Of a DNA stretch of 64,000 nucleotides, positions 1 through 8,600 are shown one piece after another; position 1 is the first letter of the stretch, and every line of letters begins with the position of its first letter. The notes beneath the pieces were generated by a model, which did not search any database, was not told the origin of the DNA, and was given only the letters and a program-made list of their open reading frames with translations. The DNA comes from a virus (lineage: Duplodnaviria > Caudoviricetes): positions 32,001 to 96,000 of IMG/VR virus record IMGVR_UViG_3300027891_000004; one strand, given 5' to 3'. Made by a program: the position numbers and the translations under genes.

Positions 1-33
1 AATCGCCTTTATGGTATCGAAGCTCGTTCATGT

Positions 34-327
34 TTACATAGTTCCTTTTTTACGAAAGTACAGCCAAATTACGCCGGAGCCGGAAAAACAAGTCATTACA
101 ATAGCAGCAGTAGGCGGCGTAGTTACCGCTAGAAAAAGCATCCCCAAAAGGAATAAGAGGGCTAACACAAGTGCACCTAAAACGACCGCAAAAAGAGCTA
201 CTTTATCCAAAATCTCAAACATCAAAATTATCTCCCAAACAAAGTTTGTAAAATGAAATCTTCGCCGTCCGACGCTCCACCGCCCTGTCGGGCGGCCTCC
301 ACATATTGCGTAAATGGGGTTAGCCAC
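34..327 (-). CDS. hypothetical membrane protein (true start may be downstream)
   Basis: Two hydrophobic segments in the C-terminal half; co-directional with neighbours. Confidence 0.4.
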   Translation of the reverse strand: MANPIYAICGGRPTGRWSVGRRRFHFTNFVWEIILMFEILDKVALFAVVLGALVLALLFLLGMLFLAVTTPPTAAIVMTCFSGSGVIWLYFRKKGTM

Positions 328-557
328 CCGACCGTTTCGGCAAGAAATGTTATCATCGCCTGCTTTATCCGACCGTTACATTCCTCCGAAATCTCCAAAA
401 ATTCCGAAGTATACATGCCATCATCGTCTGGACCGTAATAATCCGTCGCCTGCTTCAATGCCTCGGTTTGTTCTTTAACAACGTCCATAAGAAAATGAAG
501 CTGTTTTGCAAATACCGTGTCTGTATCACGGTTGTTTCGCATCTTATATTCAAACAT
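228..557 (-). CDS. hypothetical phage protein
   Basis: 109-aa ORF, ATG start with AGGA upstream, in the minus-strand small-gene run. Confidence 0.55.
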   Translation of the reverse strand: MFEYKMRNNRDTDTVFAKQLHFLMDVVKEQTEALKQATDYYGPDDDGMYTSEFLEISEECNGRIKQAMITFLAETVGWLTPFTQYVEAARQGGGASDGEDFILQTLFGR

Positions 558-585
558 GAGTTTTATCCTGTGAAAAAATAATTCT

Positions 586-652
586 CCGGCATAGTGAATG
601 CTATGGGAAAGGGATTTAAAATCCCTAGCGTCTGCCGTTCCGCCACTCCAGC
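586..652 (-). pseudogene. truncated tRNA-Leu-like gene (5' part only; anticodon loop reads UUA)
   Basis: Minus strand GCTGGAG-TG-GCGGAACGGCAGACGC-T-AGGGA-TTTTAAA-TCCCT matches the tRNA-Leu acceptor 5' strand, D arm and anticodon arm; no TTC T-loop or 3' acceptor strand follows. Confidence 0.7.
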
Positions 653-1002
653 ATGTTTATATGCCATTATGACGCTACTTGTTCATAACAATTCACCGTT
701 TTTATGGTTCCCCACCAGAATCTGTGGGTAAAAAATAGGTTTTTTGAGGTATGTGGAACAGAAAAGTAGATAATGGACCTTGAAAGTAAAGTATTTCAGT
801 CACGTTGTATCGAAATAGTACATCTGGAAATATCTGTCAAATTTGAACCTCACTTTCTCGGCCACAAAAACAGTTGTAGGTATTTGATACAAAAGCAGTT
901 AGCTTCATTTTACTAAAAAACCACCCACAGATGTTGGTGAGGAGGCGATTTTATTAACCACCGATGGGCCGTGTATGTCCGCGACACAAACACATCTCAA
1001 GC

Positions 1003-1257
1003 TCATTGCATCTCCTTTTCAAGGATCTCAACCTGTATCCATTGATCTGAATACTCGTTCCACGCATTGAATAAACCGTCAACGTTTCTAACCTCCCACT
1101 CGTCGTCAGCGTCAATACCATTTGCTTCGAGTTCACCCGCGACTACATGCCCGAATCGTTCTCTGGCAGACTCCAACGAGGTGTGTACCGAATCAATGTA
1201 ATGGCCGGGATCAGTATGTCTTAGGTCCCAACTTTGTACAATCGCATAAACTCTCAT
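1003..1257 (-). CDS. hypothetical acidic phage protein
   Basis: ATGA overlap with the upstream gene; protein-like composition. Confidence 0.65.
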   Translation of the reverse strand: MRVYAIVQSWDLRHTDPGHYIDSVHTSLESARERFGHVVAGELEANGIDADDEWEVRNVDGLFNAWNEYSDQWIQVEILEKEMQ

Positions 1258-1544
1258 GTTCGTATCCCCAATTGTTGTAAAAAATGTTTATTCTTCACCT
1301 CGCGATTAGCCTCTTCAACGACTTCTTCAATTGTTTTGCACGCTTTTGTATTACCGGTTACGCGAGACATAACGCCCACATAGTAGCCCTTGTACGGGCC
1401 GTCTTCCGCTTCGTATATATTGCACATAAAACGCACACCACCACTGCCGGAAAACGGAACGGTTTTCACACTTTTTGACGTACAAAAGGCAGGTTCCCGC
1501 TCTTCCCGTCGTTCAATCTGTTTCTTTTTTCTTGGCATAATCAC
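1254..1544 (-). CDS. hypothetical phage protein
   Basis: 4-nt overlaps with both neighbours. Confidence 0.6.
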   Translation of the reverse strand: MIMPRKKKQIERREEREPAFCTSKSVKTVPFSGSGGVRFMCNIYEAEDGPYKGYYVGVMSRVTGNTKACKTIEEVVEEANREVKNKHFLQQLGIRT

Positions 1545-1822
1545 GCTCGCTTGTTGTTGGTATTGGTTAAACCAGTCGGGGTATCGTATTTATGGGGCAC
1601 ACGACATATCTTTCCTTCTTCCGGTTCACAATCAGGATGACATTCATCCTTAGATACACCGTCACAAATTTCCCTCTTCGCCAATTGACAATCTTGATTA
1701 AGTTCGTCGCACGGACAGTCCGCGTCACATCCGCAATTGAATTCGGAATTGTACAATGCTTCTACGCCCAAGAACTCAATTGCCCAATGTAACAAGTCTC
1801 CTACGTCGTTAAGTTTTTTCAT
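1541..1822 (-). CDS. small Cys-rich hypothetical protein
   Basis: CGC..CPC...C motifs; tightly packed in the operon. Confidence 0.65.
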   Translation of the reverse strand: MKKLNDVGDLLHWAIEFLGVEALYNSEFNCGCDADCPCDELNQDCQLAKREICDGVSKDECHPDCEPEEGKICRVPHKYDTPTGLTNTNNKRA

Positions 1823-1836
1823 AGCTTTCTTTTCAA

Positions 1837-2106
1837 TTAGTGTGTATTGATATTACAAATTACCTCGACAACTTCACCGTCAATGGGCCAGTTACTTTTA
1901 ATGTTGTACGAAAAGCCGCCTAGCATCCAGTCCTTATATACTTCCTCATCGACGTTGTAATCAGTAGTAACAGCGTCAACCGATCTGTCATAGAGGGACC
2001 GAAGTGCTTCTTCTTTCGTAGAACAGCATTCTGACTCATAGATAAGAGCATTCCAGTCCTCGTCAACACAATAATTAAGCCTTGCTTGATAGAGACGTAC
2101 TTTCAT
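1837..2106 (-). CDS. hypothetical phage protein
   Basis: ATGA overlap with the upstream gene. Confidence 0.6.
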   Translation of the reverse strand: MKVRLYQARLNYCVDEDWNALIYESECCSTKEEALRSLYDRSVDAVTTDYNVDEEVYKDWMLGGFSYNIKSNWPIDGEVVEVICNINTH

Positions 2107-2495
2107 TGTTCATCCTGTTCTTGTAAAAATTGTATTGCATCTTCAAGGGTTGCAAAATCCTGGTAGTCTTTACGATAAGGATATGCCGCATGAAAAGGAT
2201 ATGCTGCAAAAGGCAAACTACCCGGCTGGCGGCTGTCATAAGAAATCGACCCTATTTTTTTCGCGCCACGGGTAACAACCCACCGGGCGGGAGTTGCCTT
2301 AGCGGGTTCCTGCCATACTTCCCAGTCAGTCGCTAATGTATCGTCCTCCGAAAACGTCGTACCGCAATTAGAAATAGGCGTACAGCGTTTCAACTGATCG
2401 TCCTTGTAAAAGTAATACTTATCCTTACCGCCCCACGATTTTCTGCACACTCGCTCCCCACTATACAGTTGGTAACATGCTTGCACGATGTTCAT
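2103..2495 (-). CDS. DUF2829 / Thoeris anti-defence Tad2-like protein with C-terminal extension
   Basis: MNIVQAC..L.SGERVCRKSW ... SEDDTLATDWEV fits the family pattern A...L..G..V.R..W ... D.LA.DW; GGAG RBS. Confidence 0.7.
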   Translation of the reverse strand: MNIVQACYQLYSGERVCRKSWGGKDKYYFYKDDQLKRCTPISNCGTTFSEDDTLATDWEVWQEPAKATPARWVVTRGAKKIGSISYDSRQPGSLPFAAYPFHAAYPYRKDYQDFATLEDAIQFLQEQDEQ

Positions 2496-2697
2496 TATGT
2501 GTCTCCCTTAGTTTAATGTATTCTTCTGCCAGTTCCCGTGTATCAAAATCGGCGACCCAACAATCGATCCCATCATCGTCACTTTTATACACACCCCAGA
2601 GTTCCGCTTCGTCATCGTTGTCAACAGAATCATAAACGATACTGTGTTCGTCGGCATGAACGATCTTTGCTCCTCTACATCGGAATTGTTTACTCAT
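2461..2697 (-). CDS. hypothetical phage protein (start MSKQF)
   Basis: GGAGG RBS before the ATG at 2697; WGVY...VADF..RE.AEEY pattern typical of small phage proteins. Confidence 0.6.
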   Translation of the reverse strand: MSKQFRCRGAKIVHADEHSIVYDSVDNDDEAELWGVYKSDDDGIDCWVADFDTRELAEEYIKLRETHNEHRASMLPTV

Positions 2698-2879
2698 TGC
2701 TTGTCCTCCTTCCATTTCTCTTCGACCCATCGGACAGCTTTTCCGAGTGTTGGGTGGCGTTTAGGTTTTTTTTTTGTTCCACGCTTCAAACGGAAAATCT
2801 TGCGGCTCATCTCGCTCAACAAGGCCAATACACTCACCATCTTTAAGCACTCTCCACTTAACAGGAATTGTTTCAATCG

Positions 2880-3236
2880 TCATTTTGCCTCCTTTACAGG
2901 TGTTAAATCATCAAGAGTACAGACGTTAGTATCGTCTAACGTTTCCACAAAATCTTCGGCATCAAAGGCTACGTATTTACCATTGCGTTTTGTCCACGCT
3001 AGTTCATCTGCAACGTCCATCGGTTCTTTTGAACAGATGAAATAAGATTCGCCTTCATCGAGAACGTATGCTACATACGCAACTGTCCAATCGACGTCAA
3101 CGACGTACTCAACCACAAACTGCTTGCTCTTGGAGTTACAAAACTCCTCGAACTTCTCTTTAATAGAGGTTTCAGTGTAAGCATCGTAATCGTCGTAACC
3201 TTCGGGATCAGTTGTTTCAACTAGAAATAGTTTCAT
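2880..3236 (-). CDS. hypothetical acidic phage protein
   Basis: AAGGAG RBS, 118 aa. Confidence 0.65.
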   Translation of the reverse strand: MKLFLVETTDPEGYDDYDAYTETSIKEKFEEFCNSKSKQFVVEYVVDVDWTVAYVAYVLDEGESYFICSKEPMDVADELAWTKRNGKYVAFDAEDFVETLDDTNVCTLDDLTPVKEAK

Positions 3237-3293
3237 TATTCAGTCTCCTTGTTAGCATAACTTTCTTTGAATTTCTCCCATTCAATGTTGAGC

Positions 3294-3629
3294 TTAACTC
3301 TCATTGACAAACCCCTCACTTTCTAACAGTGCTAAAATTGCTTGATTATATTCATTGTGAAAGCCACATGCCCGACCGCCAGGAATATCTCTGCACAACT
3401 CGCCAAGTTTTTTACCACGTTTTGTCAATTGAAATCCAACCGATGTGTTGGTAACTAACCCATTATTTACGGCTCCTTGTAAATGATTCATAAACCCCAA
3501 AGTAGAACCAAAATATCTTGTCCCGTATCCTCCTTCGACAAGATCACGGCATATCGCCGCGTGACGAAAACTAATCCCTTCAATATCATAGGGCGTAGCT
3601 GGCGTATATTTTGGTTTCTTCTTTTTCAT
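3294..3629 (-). CDS. hypothetical protein, possible winged helix
   Basis: GLV....FQLTKRGK segment resembles a wHTH wing. Confidence 0.55.
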   Translation of the reverse strand: MKKKKPKYTPATPYDIEGISFRHAAICRDLVEGGYGTRYFGSTLGFMNHLQGAVNNGLVTNTSVGFQLTKRGKKLGELCRDIPGGRACGFHNEYNQAILALLESEGFVNES

Positions 3630-3997
3630 TGTTTTGTAGGCTAAAGCGTAGCGAATGGTAGGCTAAGAGCAGAAGGTGTTAAAATCAGCCACTATCTTTC
3701 ACCATTGCTATTCAAACGGCCTGCCCCGGCAAACGGGTAATTCACACGTGGTCTCTCGCATCCACCTCTTAGTGCAACTTGGGCCCACCAAACGCTACAT
3801 GTTTATCGTAATTCCTCTCACTTTTTCAGCAGTGCTCTTATGGCTTCTTGTAAACCATCAATAATCTCAGACTTGTTGACAAGTTCTGCTGCCAGGATGT
3901 CAACGATTGTTTCCAAACTAACATCGCCTTCGTGCTCTGGGCATTCGTAATCATAGCTGCGGCGTGCCCAATCAATCCAATCATTTTTCGTCATAAT

Positions 3998-4303
3998 TTA
4001 TCCGTCCGTTTCAACAAGTTCAAATTCTTTTCTTTTACGTTTTAGAAAATAACGTTTCCGCAACCGAGACAACGCTACCTTTGGATCAGGGTGAAAGCAT
4101 ATCTCGTGTAAAGCTGGCGGTTTTATATCTTCCTCATCAGGTGGACACTGCGCGGGTAGCTTAAACTCTTTAACCACCGCAACCAAGCTAGAAATCCTGG
4201 CCAACGTTCTGGTACTCTCCTCATCAATGTACCAGCGCATGCCCAACAAAGTCGCTAACTCGGCCACAAAGCCGGATACAAGCAATGCAATGAACGTAAA
4301 CAT
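3998..4303 (-). CDS. hypothetical protein with N-terminal hydrophobic segment
   Basis: AGGAG RBS; hydrophobic N-terminus. Confidence 0.5.
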   Translation of the reverse strand: MFTFIALLVSGFVAELATLLGMRWYIDEESTRTLARISSLVAVVKEFKLPAQCPPDEEDIKPPALHEICFHPDPKVALSRLRKRYFLKRKRKEFELVETDG

Positions 4304-4489
4304 GTGGGTCTCCTACGTAAATGGAATTTTTGTAATCATGGCGCTAATGTAGGCAAACTGAAAATGAAAAGTAGCGTTGGTGAATTCGTTTGTAGTTTTT
4401 ATATGGCGATTTTGAACCGTTTGTTGAACACTAAAATTATTTTGATAACACCGTTTCTCAAATAGATTCACAATGTGATACTCCCGCGT

Positions 4490-5158
4490 CTAAAGCCGTG
4501 GGATTTCCCACACGTTTGTCTTAAAAGTTTCAACTCGCATCCGTGCCTCGGCGATTCCGGCGGTTCCATTTTCTTTACCGTATGGGGTATGAAACGCGAT
4601 GCCGTCTAAAAATTCAATCGTCTTTTCAAGGTATTCGTCCCACCCAGTATACCGAAAACATTCGGAACGAATCCCAACTAAACAACCGAACAACGTATCA
4701 TTACAATACTGCATCATATCCGCGTCAAGAAGACACATGCGGTCGGCGGTTAAACATTCCAATTCATGCGGGTATTCCGTTGCCAAAATCAAATTCGCCA
4801 CCATATCAACATGGTAAGCATCGGGCGATATGTAAGGCTCTCGTTTCCTCTCGTTGTGAAAATGAAAATATCGGAACGCATCCGCCGCAATTTCAACATT
4901 TTTACCATCTGGGAACAAACCGCCGGAATGCCCAAAATCATGGAAAAGGGCTGCGAGCAAAACATGGACTGGGCATTCTTTTTCAAATCCCCATCGCCAC
5001 GAGTCCCAACATTTCTCGGCGTAAAACATAACGTAAAGCGAATGTTGGAGGTTATGGTACGGTAAAGCCTGCGAAGGATTGTTTTCCAGTATCCAACGGA
5101 CAACTGGGCCTAGTTGGTACTTTTCGATCAGTTGTAGAACGCTATCCGGAAATGACAT
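4490..5158 (-). CDS. HD-domain metal-dependent phosphohydrolase (PDEase-like)
   Basis: LPYHNLQH, AALFHDFGH and DAD motifs. Confidence 0.85.
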   Translation of the reverse strand: MSFPDSVLQLIEKYQLGPVVRWILENNPSQALPYHNLQHSLYVMFYAEKCWDSWRWGFEKECPVHVLLAALFHDFGHSGGLFPDGKNVEIAADAFRYFHFHNERKREPYISPDAYHVDMVANLILATEYPHELECLTADRMCLLDADMMQYCNDTLFGCLVGIRSECFRYTGWDEYLEKTIEFLDGIAFHTPYGKENGTAGIAEARMRVETFKTNVWEIPRL

Positions 5159-5179
5159 TATTTTGATGATAGAACGGCA

Positions 5180-5222
5180 GAAGTAGGCATATCGGCATGT
5201 AATACGCCGATATGCCTACTTC
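5180..5222. repeat. perfect 17-bp inverted repeat with a 9-nt loop
   Basis: GAAGTAGGCATATCGGC-ATGTAATAC-GCCGATATGCCTACTTC. Confidence 0.9.
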
Positions 5223-5366
5223 CGACGAAAACGCAAGAAAAATATCGGGATGATGCTAAGTCTACGAAAAAATTCTCTAGTGCGCCCGATTCCCAAAGTT
5301 TACTGATTTATGATATAAATCAGCGAAGGTTTTATTTCATTCGTAAACCTTATCCACAAAATTACC

Positions 5367-5407
5367 ATGCAAAAGTTAGCAGATATCTTCACGTTTTCGA
5401 GGGCCTA
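5367..5407 (+). pseudogene. frameshifted remnant of a type-A leader gene
   Basis: ATG CAA AAG TTA GCA GAT ATC (MQKLADI), then after a 2-nt offset GTT TTC GAG GGC CTA (VFEGL); runs straight into the palindrome. Confidence 0.75.
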
Positions 5408-5426
5408 CCCCGCCACGTGGCGGGGT
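5407..5426. repeat. CCCGCCACGTGGCGGG palindrome, probable terminator of the tail operon
   Basis: 20-bp perfect palindrome 1 nt after the stop of 5428..5664. Confidence 0.85.
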
Positions 5427-5427
5427 T

Positions 5428-5664
5428 TCAACGTTTGCCGCCGCAACAGCCGACCAAGTGAGTGTAGACGGGCGACGAAACGGGCGGCCCGTTGTACGTC
5501 GAGTTGGCCACCGGCATTTTATCATAAACAGGCGGACTATGTTGCATCTGGGTATGGAAAAATTCCTTCTTCCGGAAGCTACCGCAGGTACGGCATTGTG
5601 CTATGTCAAGCCCAAGATTACATTTGGCGGTCTCCGCCATTCGGAAGTGTAGGCACGGTCGCAT
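5428..5664 (-). CDS. small Cys-rich protein at the end of the tail operon
   Basis: Starts 2 nt after the giant gene stop; C..H, CNLG, CRTC, GCCGG. Confidence 0.65.
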   Translation of the reverse strand: MRPCLHFRMAETAKCNLGLDIAQCRTCGSFRKKEFFHTQMQHSPPVYDKMPVANSTYNGPPVSSPVYTHLVGCCGGKR

Positions 5665-5666
5665 CG

Positions 5667-8600
5667 TTATTGAAGTCGTTCTTTTGTCAGCGCACTAAAT
5701 TCCAACCGGTTAAACGACCGGTCCCATACGTATATTGTGTTGTTCCCGGAAACAACGAGTCTGCCGCTTTTATCCAACGGATCGTTCGCCACGCTCATTT
5801 CGCCGTTGTACATCGGGGCGGCGAGCCAAAAATCACCGGTCCCAGCTGCTTCGCTATAAAAAGTATTTTGCCAACAGTCAACGGGATCGTTTGCGGTTAG
5901 CCTATCGTACCTTACCGCCGTATTGTAATCGTTTACGTAAATACATCTATCTCGTAACGGATGCGTAATCGCATCCGCTTCGGACACTTCCTTCCGCTCG
6001 CCTATTTTATGGAACGGGATATACGGCACGTCGTCTTTGTGGATTTTTAGGGAATCGTGCAACTCACGATTCCAAACTATTATACACACGTTGGGGTACG
6101 ATTGTTTTATTTTGGCCCTTAGTTCGCAATCGCAGGGGTAGTCCCATATATTCATATCGTCGGGGCCTTTGCCGCCGAAACAGTCGTACCGCTCGTACAA
6201 CGGGAGCAGGTTCTTTACAACGGGCTGCTTCCGTGACCATGTAACAACCGATTGCCCAACCCCCATATCTTTCCAGTCCATGTGATCGTCCCGCTCGTTA
6301 TTCCAGGGATCGTCGTAGAACATAGAGTACGCCGCAATCCCGTGAAACACGGGTGCCGCTATTGTCCCTTTGTTCTCATACCGGAAACATACAATATTTG
6401 ATATACGGGGATCGGTAGACAACAATTTTGGCGGTTCGTTTGCAACCACGCGCTCCTCGGTGCTGTAGAAGACGTAGGCGGCCCGTTCATCCGGCGTTTC
6501 GCCCATATATTTGTATTTCCACGGCACGTAGCCGACGCGTTCTTCCTGAAGGAACCCGTGTCGCACGTAGCCTTCGTTGTTTGTGTCGAACGAATAGGCC
6601 AGGTCATGCTCAAAATAAACATCAACCTCATCGCCCCGCAAATCCTTGATCTTTGTTTTCCACCTTTTCGGTCGCTCGAATATGTAAAAATACTGCGGTT
6701 CCTGCCCCCCGGTCGGGCCTGTTTTATTCGGTTCCGTCTGTCCTTCGTACACCGCGATCTCTACCAACTCCGCCTCATATTCCAATTCAACGCCGTTTTC
6801 GTCCACGCTGACAAGTTTTACCTTTTGACCAAGTGGGCAATCTTGATAATAGTAAAAGAACATGCCCGACGTATCGGCACATGGCTCTACATCTCTGGGG
6901 CATTGACGTATTTCTGTGGTGATTTCAATATCCGGCCGTTTTCTATAGAAAGAGCCACGCTGCACCACGTAGTAATCTCGCCCGCAACAGGAAATACTGA
7001 AATTATCTTCGCCCAAAGACAATTTGTCGGTAGTCGGCAGTGTTCCGTTGCTGATCGGGGCCTCTCCGCTAACGTTAATGTTGCGTGTGCCGTTTATAAA
7101 AAGAACTTGGTCTCCGTCAGGAACGAGGGTAGGCTTGCCTTCGATAAAATGCACGGAGGTACCACGGAGAATCACGCCGTTCCCGCAGCACCCGGTTACT
7201 GTGTAATTTCTGAAATCCCCGTCTAGCTTTTTCGATTTGTAGTAGAAATTACCGCTCTCAAACAAAGCGTATTCCCCGTCGCCCAAAACGCCGTCCCCGC
7301 AACACGACGCGAACGGCGTGGTTTCATTCAACAAGGTATTGCCGTAATATGTCGTTATATTTTTGGTATCTACGTCTGTTATTTGGGTGTAGTTGCCGCA
7401 CCTTGCCGAGCTGCGACATGCACAAACCCAGCTTAACTCTCCCCGGTAGTGTACTATCTTATTCGGAACAACATGTCCGTCCGTGTCAACTGCGAGCATG
7501 GTATTACCGAAGGTAGAAATGCCCGCCATGTTGGGCGGGATTTGGCAGCACCAAATCACAGCGCTGGTATCGCCTGTTTCCCACCCTGACGATACTCCGC
7601 ACGAACTGCCACCCTCAAATCCCATACATTGAACCTTACCATCAAGCTCGCCTATATCTTCGGGATCATCGCTCGCCCACGCCGCAACTGCCGAGTTATA
7701 CTGCACAATATACGAATTAAACCCGCCTGTGGTCGTTTGCGAGTAATCGTAGTAGCTACCCATTATCTGGGCCTGCCGGGTATGTTTCGTTTCGGGGTCG
7801 GTGCTCAAGGCAGCACACCCACCCCAGCCCATACTGATGCCACGCGAAGACCCGCCACCCCCCATACTCCAGCGGGACTCGCCCCAGGCGTATATACCTC
7901 CGGGCATGTCGCCCAACATACTCCTCGGACACGTACTCCATACATGCTGCCCCGTAATACTCATATCAACGCTACAGCCGGTCGGGACCATCCGTTCGGT
8001 TTTGCTGTTCCATTTATACAGGGTAAAAGAAGCACCGATGACGCCGCCCGGTTCAGTTACATCGCCGCTATCCCCTACAATAAACAGCGACCAGTCGCCA
8101 ATTTCTGATAAGGGGAACAGACCCGTGCTAAGCGCATCGGATTCCATATAATAATCGCCCATACAAACACGAAGGAGTGATACCCATGTTTTGGAATCGC
8201 CCGCATCCGTAAAAACAGCCTTACGGATAGTGATACTTGTGCTGCAACCTCGCACGTGTTCCTCGCAATTAACGGTTTTAGCGAACATGCACGTTACAAC
8301 AATCGCGCCTCCGAGCAGAACTTGGGCACTGATCGCCTCATGCGCCACACGCCCGTCAAGCCAAACATCGACAGACGTATCGCCCGTACCACCGCACGGG
8401 TTAGGGCGGCCCTCGCCCGGTCGGTACACAAGAGCGTAACGCGGCCCGCAAATGCAATTACAACTTGTGCTCCCGTCCGCATACGTTTTGACCAACCGCC
8501 CCTTGTAGAACGCATAAAGAGTTGTCCCATCCCTCGATTGGACAAGAAGGTAGTTTTTCATAATGGCATTGCCGTACTTTTCGATGTCTGCGCGTGAGAC

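Noticed and set aside
586-652. Stop-codon reassignment implied by the UUA anticodon
   Set aside because: The tRNA is incomplete, and genes are full-length in the standard code with TAA, TAG and TGA all used as stops.
5367-5900. 177-aa plus-strand ORF starting MQKLADI
   Set aside because: The leader match continues in another frame after 7 codons, and the rest is antisense to real tail-operon genes; treated as a remnant.
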